This document shows positions 9,667 to 19,053 of a stretch of DNA of 64,000 nucleotides, piece by piece (position 1 is the stretch's first letter; each line of letters begins with the position of its first letter). Made by a program: the position numbers and the translations under genes. Source of the stretch: Patescibacteria group bacterium. GTDB lineage: Bacteria > Patescibacteriota > Patescibacteriia > PEXW01. Where the stretch lies: assembly GCA_038065235.1 (NCBI GenBank), contig JBBTRK010000005.1, forward strand, positions 22,389-86,388. The letters run 5' to 3'. The notes under the pieces are model-generated. The model did not search any database and was not told the origin of the DNA. It was given only the letters and a program-made list of their open reading frames with translations.

Positions 9667-12600
9667 ATGCCGCACGTCACCCTCCGCGATCCTGCTACCC
9701 AAACTGCCACGGGCAACTATCCCGCGCATGGTTTGCGTATTACGCGTCGTCATACAACCGTGGGGGTGGACCCGCTCGAGCAGCTGACTTATGAGAAGCG
9801 TTCCTCGGTCATCAAGAATCCGGACGGCCGCATCGTCTACGAGATCACCGACGTGGAAGTCCCCACCAGCTGGTCGCAGGTTGCCACAGATATTTTGGCG
9901 CAAAAGTACTTCCGCAAGGCGGGTGTGCCGGTGCTCGACGAGCAGGGGCAGCCGATGCTGGATGGACAGGGGAACGTTGTCACCGGCTCGGAGAAGAGCG
10001 CTAGGCAAGTCGTTCGGCGCATGACCATGTGCTGGCGCTGGTGGGGTGAGCAGTATGGCTACTTCGCCTCGCCCGAGGATGCGCAGGCGTACCAAGATGA
10101 AATGGCGTACTTCCTCATCCACCAGATGAGCGCGCCGAATTCCCCGCAGTGGTTCAACACCGGCCTGCACACGGCCTACGGCATCACTGGCCGACCGCAG
10201 GGGCACTACTACGTCGTCCCCGAAACTGGCGAAGTGGTGAAGTCCGAGGATGCCTACACCCACCCCCAGCCGCACGCGTGCTTCATCCAGAGTGTCTCGG
10301 ACGACCTGGTTGGTGAAGGTGGCATCTTTGACCTTATGACCCGCGAAGCGCGACTCTTCAAGTTTGGCTCTGGCACGGGCAGCAACTTCTCGAGCCTTCG
10401 TGGTCGGGGTGAAAAGCTCGGTGGCGGTGGGACGTCGTCGGGCATGATGTCGTTCCTGAACGTCTTCGACCGTGCCGCGGGCGCCATTAAGAGCGGCGGC
10501 ACCACGCGGCGGGCAGCCAAGATGGTCATTGTGAACGTCGACCATCCCGACGTGGAAGAGTTTATCAGCTGGAAGGTTAAGGAGGAGCAGAAGGTGGCAG
10601 ACCTCGTCACCGGCAGCAAACTTAACGCCAAATATCTGAACGCAATCATGACCACGGCCCATGCCGAAGGGGCCACCGCCCTCACCCAGTCACCCGCGCT
10701 CAAGGCGCTTGTGCGCAAAGCCGTCGCTCACGAGGTGCCGCTTAACTACATTGCCCGCGCACTGGACTTGGTTCGCCAAGGCAAGACGTCAATCGATTTC
10801 CACATCCTCGACACGCATTTCGAAGGCGACGCGTACAATACCGTTTCGGGCCAGAACAGCAACAACACCGTGCGCGTCACCAACGAGTACATGGACGCGG
10901 TGCGAGTGAACGCCCCATGGAACCTCACTGCGCGCGTCACTGGCGATGTCGTGAAGACCATCCCGGCGCGTGAGCTGTGGGATACAATTGGTTACGCCGC
11001 GTGGTCCTGCGCTGACCCAGGCTTGCAATTCGACACGACGATCAATGAGTGGCACACCTGCCCGGTGGACGGCCGCATCAATGGTTCGAACCCATGCAGC
11101 GAGTACATGTTCCTGGATGACACGGCCTGCAACCTCGCTTCTATGAACTTGGCCAAGTACCTCGACGCCGATACCGGCACCTTCGACGTGGATAGCTACC
11201 GTCACAGCATTCGGCTGTGGACCGTCACGCTCGAGCTCTCGGTGCTCATGGCACAGTTCCCAGGCAAGGAGATTGCGCGCCGCAGCTACGCCTACCGTAC
11301 ACTCGGCTTGGGGTACGCCAACCTCGGTACCGTGCTCATGACCATGGGCATTCCGTACGACTCTGACGAAGCCCGCGCCATTGCCGGCAGCCTCACCGCC
11401 ATTATGACCGGCGAGTCCTACGCCACCAGCGCCGAAGTGGCCAGCGTCGTCGGGGCATTCCCAGCCTACGAGCGGAACAAGCGCCACATGCTCCGTGTTA
11501 TCCGCAACCACCGTCGCGCCGCCTACAATGCACCCGCCGATGAGTACGAAGGCCTCTCCATCACCCCGCAGGGCATCAACCACAGTGCTGTCCCGCCCTA
11601 CCTGGGTGACGCCGCCAAGCTGGCCTGGGATCGAGCTATTACCCTGGGCGAGCAGCACGGTTTCCGGAACGCACAGACCACAGTTATTGCACCCACTGGC
11701 ACGATTGGCCTCATCATGGATTGTGACACCACCGGCATCGAGCCAGACTTCGCACTCGTGAAGTTCAAGAAGCTCGCTGGCGGGGGATTCTTCAAGATCG
11801 TGAACCAGTCCATGGACAAAGCCTTGCGCCATTTGGGTTACACCGAGCCGCAGGTGAGAGACATTGAGAATTTCGCCAAGGGTCACGGTACGCTCGTGGG
11901 TTGCCCTGCCATAAACCCGCAAGAGCTCCGTGAGAAAGGTTTCACCGACGCTGACCTAGCAAAGGTCGAGGCCAACCTGAAGACTGCCTTTGACCTCCGT
12001 TTCGCTTTCACCCCTTTCGCGCTCGGGGCCGAAGCACTGACGCGCGCTGGCCTCACCGACGTACAGGTTGCAGACCGTGAGCTTAACGTCCTGGGTGCGC
12101 TCGGCTTCACCGATAGGCAGGTCTCGGAAGCCAACGAGTACGTCTGTGGCACCATGACCATCGAAGGTGCTCCACACCTGAAGCCCGAGCACCTGCCGGT
12201 GTTTGACTGCGCCAACCGCTGTGGTGCCAAGGGGAAGCGCTTCATCGCCTACGACGCGCACCTGCAGATGATGGCGGCAGCCCAGCCATTCATTTCTGGC
12301 GCAATTTCCAAGACCATCAACATGCCTAACGAGGCCACGCTCGTCGACATCGAGCAGGCGTACCAGAAGAGCTGGAAGCACATGCTGAAGGCCGTGGCTC
12401 TCTACCGCGACGGCTCCAAGCTCTCCCAGCCGCTCAACACCATTGCCGGTCTGGATGACCTGGGTCAAGCCGAGACCACCGCGGAAGAGACTAACGAGCA
12501 GGTCACGCCCAAGCAGGTGAATGATGCTACGGCTGCGCAAGCTGCCGGTCAGGCCATCCGCCATGCCTTGCCGAACAAACGCCACGGCTTCGTGCAGAAG

Positions 12601-13179
12601 GCGTACGTCGGCGGGCACAAAGTCTACCTCCGCACCGGCGAGTACGATAACGGCCAGATCGGCGAGATCTTCGTGGACATGTACAAAGAGGGGACTGCCT
12701 ACCGCAGTCTACTCTCTATGTTCGCCATTTCTATTTCCAAAGGTTTGCAGTACGGCATTCCGCTAGAGGAGTACGTCGACACCTTCACCTACACGCGTTT
12801 CGAGCCGGCTGGCACGGTCCAGGGTCACGAGAACGTGAAGATGGCCACATCCATCCTAGACTACGTGTTTCGCGTGTTGGGCTTCGAGTACCTAGGCCGC
12901 ACAGACCTGGTGCACATTAAGCCCCAACTGAAAGTCGATGAGAAAGAACTCCATGTTCCGGCACCGATCCAGCAAGCGACGCTACCCATGAATGTCCAGA
13001 CGACCGCGCAGCGAGATGCCACGAAGAGCAACGTGAGCTTCGGCATGCAGGACAAGGACGAAGCGCGCCAGCAGGGCTTCACCGGCGACCAGTGCGTGGC
13101 CTGCGGGAGCATGAAGATGAAGCGCAACGGCACCTGCATCCTCTGCCTGGACTGCGGCGAGACAACGGGGTGTAGCTAG
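9667..13179 (+). CDS. nrdJ: Class II (adenosylcobalamin-dependent) ribonucleotide reductase
   Basis: PNSPQWFN, QPHACFIQ, SNPCSEY, IAPTGTIG, AISKTINMP; C-terminal TSCPD-like domain and CxxC...CxxCGETTGCS. Confidence 0.97.
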   Translation: MPHVTLRDPATQTATGNYPAHGLRITRRHTTVGVDPLEQLTYEKRSSVIKNPDGRIVYEITDVEVPTSWSQVATDILAQKYFRKAGVPVLDEQGQPMLDGQGNVVTGSEKSARQVVRRMTMCWRWWGEQYGYFASPEDAQAYQDEMAYFLIHQMSAPNSPQWFNTGLHTAYGITGRPQGHYYVVPETGEVVKSEDAYTHPQPHACFIQSVSDDLVGEGGIFDLMTREARLFKFGSGTGSNFSSLRGRGEKLGGGGTSSGMMSFLNVFDRAAGAIKSGGTTRRAAKMVIVNVDHPDVEEFISWKVKEEQKVADLVTGSKLNAKYLNAIMTTAHAEGATALTQSPALKALVRKAVAHEVPLNYIARALDLVRQGKTSIDFHILDTHFEGDAYNTVSGQNSNNTVRVTNEYMDAVRVNAPWNLTARVTGDVVKTIPARELWDTIGYAAWSCADPGLQFDTTINEWHTCPVDGRINGSNPCSEYMFLDDTACNLASMNLAKYLDADTGTFDVDSYRHSIRLWTVTLELSVLMAQFPGKEIARRSYAYRTLGLGYANLGTVLMTMGIPYDSDEARAIAGSLTAIMTGESYATSAEVASVVGAFPAYERNKRHMLRVIRNHRRAAYNAPADEYEGLSITPQGINHSAVPPYLGDAAKLAWDRAITLGEQHGFRNAQTTVIAPTGTIGLIMDCDTTGIEPDFALVKFKKLAGGGFFKIVNQSMDKALRHLGYTEPQVRDIENFAKGHGTLVGCPAINPQELREKGFTDADLAKVEANLKTAFDLRFAFTPFALGAEALTRAGLTDVQVADRELNVLGALGFTDRQVSEANEYVCGTMTIEGAPHLKPEHLPVFDCANRCGAKGKRFIAYDAHLQMMAAAQPFISGAISKTINMPNEATLVDIEQAYQKSWKHMLKAVALYRDGSKLSQPLNTIAGLDDLGQAETTAEETNEQVTPKQVNDATAAQAAGQAIRHALPNKRHGFVQKAYVGGHKVYLRTGEYDNGQIGEIFVDMYKEGTAYRSLLSMFAISISKGLQYGIPLEEYVDTFTYTRFEPAGTVQGHENVKMATSILDYVFRVLGFEYLGRTDLVHIKPQLKVDEKELHVPAPIQQATLPMNVQTTAQRDATKSNVSFGMQDKDEARQQGFTGDQCVACGSMKMKRNGTCILCLDCGETTGCS

Positions 13180-13190
13180 ATGTAACGACA

Positions 13191-13278
13191 ACTTCCCCCT
13201 GCCCCCTCCTTGGTAAGGAGGGGGTTTCGTGTAGACCAGCTTCCTCCCTCCCCTTGAGAAGGGGAGGGTTGGGGTGGA
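13191..13278. repeat. Paired C/G-rich REP-like hairpins upstream of the DUF559 gene
   Basis: CCCCCTCCTTGGTAAGGAGGGGG and CCTCCCTCCCTTGAGAAGGGGAGGGTTGGGGTGG; similar doublets at 55051-55175 and 59086-59180. Confidence 0.8.
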
Positions 13279-13297
13279 GTTGGAGTATACTCGGGGT

Positions 13298-13660
13298 ATG
13301 ACTCGCCTCATCAACCGAAGCACGGAAAAAGCAAAGCGCCGGACGTTGCGAAATGCGATGCCAAAAGCGGAATATATCCTCTGGCAGCAGTTGCGTCGAA
13401 AGCAAATTGCAGGAGTGACGTTTCGCCGTCAGGTAAGTGTTGGGAAGTACGTCGTGGATTTCTACTGCTCCGCAAGGCGATTGGCAATTGAAGTAGATGG
13501 CGAAACACATATTGGAAAAGAAGCGGAGGCATATGACGCTGAGCGACAAAAATATCTAGAAGACCTAGGTATTCGCGTTATCCGTTTCTGGAATACTGAT
13601 GTGTATAAAAATTTGGCGGGTGTGATTGATGAGGTACTCCACGTTGTTAGAAAGATATGA
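13298..13660 (+). CDS. DUF559 (Vsr-like) endonuclease
   Basis: RRTLRNAMPKAEYILWQQLR..FRRQ..G.YVVDFYC...LAIEVDGETH...YDAER..YLE.LG..VIRFWN. Confidence 0.93.
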   Translation: MTRLINRSTEKAKRRTLRNAMPKAEYILWQQLRRKQIAGVTFRRQVSVGKYVVDFYCSARRLAIEVDGETHIGKEAEAYDAERQKYLEDLGIRVIRFWNTDVYKNLAGVIDEVLHVVRKI

Positions 13661-13728
13661 AAAACGAGCGGGCCGGGGGTGGTCGTCAATAGAAAAGCCC
13701 TCCGGTGGTGTGCGGAGGGCGGGTTCGA

Positions 13729-13938
13729 TCATGGAAACACGATTTCCAGATGCGCGTCCTCAAGCTCGGTAACGTGCGGCATGTTCCGGAGCACGTACTC
13801 ACGGGTTGCAGCCCAGGCGAGTGGTATAGCGTAGGGTCCGCGCGGGATGTGAAATTCATCCCAGCGTACCTCGAGCTTCTCCCAACGTCTGCCGTCGACA
13901 ACTGCGTTCACGAGTGTGAGGGTATAAAATACTCGCAT
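13729..13938 (-). CDS. Small hypothetical protein (MRVFYTLTL...)
   Basis: GAAAGG ribosome-binding site before ATG 13938; 69 aa with protein-like composition. Confidence 0.5.
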   Translation of the reverse strand: MRVFYTLTLVNAVVDGRRWEKLEVRWDEFHIPRGPYAIPLAWAATREYVLRNMPHVTELEDAHLEIVFP

Positions 13939-14120
13939 AGATATGCGCCTTTCTACAGATTGGCGCTTCCTATTCGAGGTGATGCCTGGTGGTCCTATGC
14001 CAGGCAAAAGAGCATGAGCAGGGGGAGCCGGCAAACCTACCGCGACAGCTTTCGGCTGTCAAGAAGAAGAACTCCCGAAGAAGAACTCCCGACCAGGTGG
14101 ACGGGAGTTAGGTGCATGTA

Positions 14121-14390
14121 TTATTTTCGGTGACGGTCCAGATTTCGGTAGAGTTTTTTCGCGAGGTCTGCACGGCGGTGTATTTTTAAAATCATGCACA
14201 TTTCATATTTTTCCGCATTGGTCAGCTGCACTCCTTCACGTTTGATATCCATAATATACGCGAGGATGTGCTGGTCGGTGACAGTCACATCTGCACACTT
14301 TGAACGAAAAATCTCTAGGTTCATTGTACTTCTCATTTCTCGAGTTATTTTTTGTTTCTGCAGCGTAGCCAAATTTAACAGAAAGAGCAA
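14121..14390 (-). CDS. Hypothetical protein, possibly a 5'-degraded pseudogene
   Basis: AT-richer ORF; the frame stays open upstream to about 14490, where an RBS-ATG lies out of frame. Confidence 0.35.
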   Translation of the reverse strand: MLFLLNLATLQKQKITREMRSTMNLEIFRSKCADVTVTDQHILAYIMDIKREGVQLTNAEKYEMCMILKIHRRADLAKKLYRNLDRHRK

Positions 14391-14733
14391 CTCTGGTCTT
14401 GCGACGGCTTTATTGCGGTGGCCATAGGCAGTAGCTATTCGCTGGATTTTTCTAGGTCTAGGTGCAACTTTGAGATTGCATAGATAACCTCAAGGGCATT
14501 GAGTTCAGGGCGGTCTTCGGTGAGTTGATCAGTGTAGTCGATGGGGTGTTTCATAGAGTATGAAAAGTTAACCCAGGACTTTAGCATTGGTAACCCGCTA
14601 TGTCAACCAAAGAAAAAAGGCCCCGCAGGAGCCTTGCCAGGGGGGGAGGAAATCTGGCTCAGCATCCCAGAGCGGGGCCGAAGATCAAGACGAAAGATTG
14701 TATTTTTGTGTCGGTTTCCGTACTCTACATGGC

Positions 14734-15321
14734 ATGGTCAAAGCAGTCAAGCGTATAGCCCCAAAGAAGCTCCGTCCCTTCCCCCACGGCATCACCGTGG
14801 CGTACATTGGCGATGGCAAAGGCAAGACCACAGCTGCGGTTGGGGCAGCCACTCGAGCCGCTGGCTACGGCTGGAAGGTGCTCTTTTTGCAGTTTTACAA
14901 AAGTATCGATTGGCCATCCGGTGAACGCGAGGCACTGCGCAAGCTCGGCGTGGACGTCGAGGTACACGGCGCAGGGTTTGTTGGAATCCTCGGTGATCGG
15001 AAGCATCTGCGTGAACACCAGCAAGCTGCTCAACGTGCGTTGCGTGTAGCGTGGGCACACATCCTCTCGGGCAAGTACAAGCTCGTCGTGCTGGATGAAG
15101 TGATTTCTTGCCTCGAACAGAAACTCTTTCCGGTCAGCACGCTCGTACAGTTTTTTCAGAAGCGTCTGCAACACGCCAAAGCCAAGAACGTACACCTCGT
15201 CCTCACCGGTCATCAACAGTTCCCTGCAATCCTCAAGTACTGCGATGTGGTGACAGAGATGAATATGCTGAAGCATCCGTACTATAAAGGCTTCATTGCC
15301 GTGAAGGGGATTGATTTTTAA
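14734..15321 (+). CDS. cobO: Cob(I)alamin adenosyltransferase CobO/BtuR
   Basis: YIGDGKGKTTAAVG..RAAG.G.KV..LQF.K, LVVLDE, LVLTG, DVVTEM..KHPY..G..A..GIDF. Confidence 0.95.
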   Translation: MVKAVKRIAPKKLRPFPHGITVAYIGDGKGKTTAAVGAATRAAGYGWKVLFLQFYKSIDWPSGEREALRKLGVDVEVHGAGFVGILGDRKHLREHQQAAQRALRVAWAHILSGKYKLVVLDEVISCLEQKLFPVSTLVQFFQKRLQHAKAKNVHLVLTGHQQFPAILKYCDVVTEMNMLKHPYYKGFIAVKGIDF

Positions 15322-15364
15322 TTGGTGGTGTGTTCGGCATGTGCTATAGTCAGAAAGCTTTGAA

Positions 15365-15500
15365 AATCAGCAAGGCAAACCGGTGTGAATCCGGTACGGT
15401 CCCGCCATGGTATCTCGACGCCTAGTCCTTTGGACAGGGCAGACGAGTAGTCCAACGCCTATTCTGCCCACCTGGGCAGGATGAAGACAAATCCTTCGGG
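15365..15500 (+). ncRNA. Cobalamin riboswitch (compact variant; boundaries approximate)
   Basis: AAGGCAAACCGGTGTGAATCCGGTACGGTCCCGCCATGGT resembles the B12-element core GGGAA-CCGGTG-AAATCCGG-CTGTCCCGCAACTGT. Promoter TGCTATAGT at about 15342, terminator-like hairpin 15528-15562, downstream genes are B12 uptake candidates. Confidence 0.82.
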
Positions 15501-15577
15501 AAAAGGTCGAACAAGGATGGAACCTGTCCTGCGACTGCCCTGATGTCGTAGGCATTTCGTATTTAAGAAATTATTAT

Positions 15578-16027
15578 ATGGATCAACAACAGCCAGTTCA
15601 GCCTGTCTCAAATAAAAAACCAGAAGTGCAAAAATCTCCTCGCGTCCTGTGGTGGCTTGTGGTCATGATCGTTGTCGCCTTGGGGTTGGGCGTGTGGTCA
15701 CGAGTGAGTAAGTACAAGGCGAACACGAACGGGAATACGCCAACTGCGAATACGAACGTCGCCGTAAACACGAATGCTGCTACGAGTTACCTGTATTCTG
15801 GTCAGGATGGGAAGACCGCCTTGGAACTCCTGAAGACTGCCTACCCGAATACGACGACCAAGTCATCAGGGAGCCTCGGTGAACAGGTCATGAGCATAAA
15901 TGGGAAAGAAGCCAAGTCCAATGAGTACTGGCAGTTCCTCGTGAACGGCACAGCAGCGACCGTTGGTGCGGGTTCCTACGTAACTAAGTCCACGGACATG
16001 ATTGAGTGGAGGCTTACTTCGTTCTAA
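15578..16027 (+). CDS. Membrane-anchored DUF4430 (transcobalamin C-terminal-like) putative B12-binding protein
   Basis: TM helix + Asn-rich linker + GKTALELL...G..V.SING......YWQF.VNG....VGA..Y.....D.IEW. Confidence 0.85.
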   Translation: MDQQQPVQPVSNKKPEVQKSPRVLWWLVVMIVVALGLGVWSRVSKYKANTNGNTPTANTNVAVNTNAATSYLYSGQDGKTALELLKTAYPNTTTKSSGSLGEQVMSINGKEAKSNEYWQFLVNGTAATVGAGSYVTKSTDMIEWRLTSF

Positions 16028-16037
16028 CTTCATACTC

Positions 16038-16577
16038 ATGCGCCTCCGTCAGCACCTTACGATAACGAACGGAATACTCGTCCTGCTCATTGCCTTTGCG
16101 GCGGCGGCACGGTTCTGGCCCCACCCGGCGAATTTCGCGCCGGTGGCCGCCGTGGCACTTTTCAGCGGCGTGTACCTGGGCAAGCGTGCGTCGATCGTTG
16201 CGCCGGTCATCGCCATGGTCATTTCGGATATGTTCCTGGGCATGCATAATCTCGTTTTCTTTACGTGGGGGAGCATGGCACTCGTGGGTGTCATTGGTTG
16301 GTGGGTGCGGGAGAAGAAGAATCCCGGCAGAATTGTACTCGGTGCGCTCGCTGGTTCGGCGCTGTTCTACTTCATTACAAATGGCGCGGTCTGGGCAATT
16401 GGGCAAGGCGCAAGTTACGCACACAACCTTACCGGGCTCACCCAGGCGTACGTTGCCGGGTTGCCGTTTCTGCGTAATACCCTAGCGGGTGACATGGTGT
16501 ACGTCGGCGTATTCTTCGGCATTGCCGAGCTTGCCTTTGCCTGGGAGCGGCGACGGTTGCGGGCACCAGCGGCGTAA
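16038..16577 (+). CDS. BtuM-like / DUF6580 solitary ECF S-component, putative cobalamin transporter
   Basis: R..PHPANFAPVAAVALFSG, ISD, FY.ITN.AVW, Y.AGLPF.RNTL.GD; lies under the riboswitch. Confidence 0.85.
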   Translation: MRLRQHLTITNGILVLLIAFAAAARFWPHPANFAPVAAVALFSGVYLGKRASIVAPVIAMVISDMFLGMHNLVFFTWGSMALVGVIGWWVREKKNPGRIVLGALAGSALFYFITNGAVWAIGQGASYAHNLTGLTQAYVAGLPFLRNTLAGDMVYVGVFFGIAELAFAWERRRLRAPAA

Positions 16578-16596
16578 AATTTGACCGTTTTTTAAC

Positions 16597-16618
16597 CACC
16601 CCCGCAGATGCGGGGGTG
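16597..16618 (+). terminator. GC-rich hairpin after the B12 uptake operon
   Basis: CACCCCCGCA-GA-TGCGGGGGTG. Confidence 0.6.
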
Positions 16619-16656
16619 CGTTGCTTTCCTAATGGTTTGGGCGTACACTAGCCGCC

Positions 16657-17586
16657 ATGCGTAACTACCGACGCTATACAGGCGGGAGTGTTCGTTCCCT
16701 TGGTTCCCGGCGGCAATCTGGGTCTCGCCGACGGCCTTTCACCGTGGTACTCATCCTCGTTGCTCTGGTGCTGCTCTTCGTGGCGTACATGAAAGCCGGG
16801 AAAAAGGTGACGAATTTGAATTCGGCACTTTCGAATCAGAACACGAATGTTTCAGTGACTCTCCCCAAGCCTGCCGCGCTCACGACCGCAATATGTCCGA
16901 GTAGTATTAGCATTGTGGCGACGACGCAGAAAATTGTTGCACTCACCTACGATGTTGGTACTACTCCTGGTGATCTTGCAAAAACCATACCAGCAGCAAA
17001 AGCGGCGAACGTACCAGCAGCGTTCTTCATTACGGGTAAGCTCGTGGAGAAGGAGAAAGTAGTGGTGCAGCAGATCCACGATGCGGGTTTTCCCATCTAC
17101 AACCACACCTACGATAATTTAAAATTCACCACGCTTACCCCTACGGAAGTGCAAGCGCAACTTTTGGCTGCAGATGATCTCATCCGCAGCGTAACGAATG
17201 TGACCACGAAACCCTATGCACGTATCCCCTACGGCGCGAGTACACCCGAGGCGCTCACTGCTATGCGCGAAGCCGGGTACTGCGGCATTACCTGGACGGT
17301 GGATGGGCTGGACATTGAGAGCACCGCATCGACCGAGAGCGTGACAAACCGGGTAACCCGGTTTGCGAAACCTGGCGCAATTATTCTCCTTCATGCCGGC
17401 AGCGACCTTGCTGCCACAGCGACCCCCCGTATCGTTGCTGCGTTGCAACAAGCAGGGTACCGTTTCGTCTCACTCGATGAGCTCTTCCGCGCCGCGACAA
17501 CGGTGCCCGGCGGAGCCGGGTCCGGCTCTGCCGGAAACACCAATACTCCAGCGGCTTCTGTGAGTTCTCCTAACGGGAACGCGTAA
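16657..17586 (+). CDS. Polysaccharide deacetylase (NodB/CE4) family, membrane-anchored
   Basis: VALTYD.G, AAFFITG, NHTYDN, RIPYG, WTVD..D, PGAIILLH. Confidence 0.88.
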   Translation: MRNYRRYTGGSVRSLGSRRQSGSRRRPFTVVLILVALVLLFVAYMKAGKKVTNLNSALSNQNTNVSVTLPKPAALTTAICPSSISIVATTQKIVALTYDVGTTPGDLAKTIPAAKAANVPAAFFITGKLVEKEKVVVQQIHDAGFPIYNHTYDNLKFTTLTPTEVQAQLLAADDLIRSVTNVTTKPYARIPYGASTPEALTAMREAGYCGITWTVDGLDIESTASTESVTNRVTRFAKPGAIILLHAGSDLAATATPRIVAALQQAGYRFVSLDELFRAATTVPGGAGSGSAGNTNTPAASVSSPNGNA

Positions 17587-17740
17587 ACCCACATGTGGTA
17601 CTGCGAGGCCGTCTTTGGTTTTTCAGGATATTTTCAGGGTACGAGTTTTTACTCAGCATGTGCGCGCCGTATCGTTTTTTGATGTACCTACTACGGCCTG
17701 TGGTATACTGATGTCAGTATTCTCTTAATCGATTAATTGT

Positions 17741-19018
17741 ATGTCCGATACACCTATGACTCCTGCCCCTGCCCGCCATGCTTCGCAAGGCGAGGCAGGC
17801 GGGCCGAAACCTCAGCCACGCTACACGCAGTCGGCGTTGACCGTGGCGGTCATCCTTAGTCTTATCTTTGGTACCATTGGTGGGGCACTCGGCGGCGCGC
17901 TCGCCTCGGGGAATTTCGATTCGTGGTTCAACCGGACATTCCAGAAGACCTTTGTTGCCTCATCCACGAGTGGCAGCTCGACCACGTTGAAAGTCGAGGA
18001 GGAATCTGCAACCATTGACGTCGTAAAGAAGGTTCAGAAATCTGTCGTCAGTATTATTATCACTAAAGACTTAAGTAAAGTATATAACCAATCGGGAGGT
18101 TCGCCGTTCGATTTCTTTTTCGGTACGGGTCAGCAACAGCCGCAGCAAGGCACGAAAGAAATTGGGGGCGGTTCCGGGTTCATACTTTCGGCTGACGGGT
18201 ACATCATGACGAACAAGCACGTCGTTGACGACACCCAGGCTGACTACACCGTACTGACGAACGACGCGAAGAGTTACTCAGCGAAAGTTATTGCGAGCGA
18301 CCCGGTGAATGACCTGGCTGTGCTGAAGATCGAGTCGAAAGATTTGCCGGCAATTGAATTTGGCGACTCAGAGAACCTTCAAATAGGCCAGACCGTAATT
18401 GCCATTGGTAATGCGCTCGGTGAGTATCGAAACACCGTGACCAAAGGTGTCGTGTCGGGTCTCGCCCGGCGTATCACCGCTGGCGATGGGCAATCGTCTG
18501 AGACGTTAGAGAACGCCATTCAAACTGATGCTGCTATTAATCCTGGGAATTCTGGTGGTCCGCTGCTCAACCTGGCTGGTCAAGTCATTGGCGTCAACGT
18601 CGCGGTGAGCCAGCAGGGCCAGCTCATCGGCTTCGCTATCCCGGCGAACCAAGCGAACACGGTGTATGAAAGCGTGAGAAAGACTGGGAAAATTGTTCGA
18701 CCCTACCTGGGCGTGCGGTACATGCCCATAACAAAAGCGCTTAAGGAGCAGAATAAACTTTCCGTTGACTACGGCGTCCTTATCCAACGCGGGACGACTT
18801 CGGGCGAGCTAGCGATTATCCCGGGTGGCCCAGCCGATAAAGCCGGGCTGCAGGAGAACGATATTATTTTGGAATTGAACGGGGTGAAACTGGACACCGA
18901 ACATAGCTTGGCCGGTGAAATTCAAAAGCACGCCCCCGGCGACACTATTACCCTTAAAGTCTTGAGCAAGGGCAAGGAGAAGTCGGTTACGGCCACGCTT
19001 GCAGAGCTGAAGCCGTAA
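17741..19018 (+). CDS. htrA: HtrA/DegP serine protease with PDZ domain
   Basis: GSGFI, TNKHVV, DLAVLK, IQTDAAINPGNSGGPL, PYLGV PDZ domain. Confidence 0.95.
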   Translation: MSDTPMTPAPARHASQGEAGGPKPQPRYTQSALTVAVILSLIFGTIGGALGGALASGNFDSWFNRTFQKTFVASSTSGSSTTLKVEEESATIDVVKKVQKSVVSIIITKDLSKVYNQSGGSPFDFFFGTGQQQPQQGTKEIGGGSGFILSADGYIMTNKHVVDDTQADYTVLTNDAKSYSAKVIASDPVNDLAVLKIESKDLPAIEFGDSENLQIGQTVIAIGNALGEYRNTVTKGVVSGLARRITAGDGQSSETLENAIQTDAAINPGNSGGPLLNLAGQVIGVNVAVSQQGQLIGFAIPANQANTVYESVRKTGKIVRPYLGVRYMPITKALKEQNKLSVDYGVLIQRGTTSGELAIIPGGPADKAGLQENDIILELNGVKLDTEHSLAGEIQKHAPGDTITLKVLSKGKEKSVTATLAELKP

Positions 19019-19053
19019 GTTGCTCATGTACGGCAGCATGCTACACTCTGCCC

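Noticed and set aside
9637-12618. Long antisense ORFs over nrdJ (likewise over ftsZ, the ABC transporter, the helicase and pheT)
   Set aside because: Shadow ORFs caused by the codon bias of well-identified genes; no domains.
9667-13179. Intein or intron in nrdJ
   Set aside because: Continuous ORF; no C/S...HN splice motifs or LAGLIDADG blocks seen.
13705-14133. Plus-strand 142-aa ORF
   Set aside because: No RBS or recognisable motif; the overlapping minus-strand ORF has a better start context.
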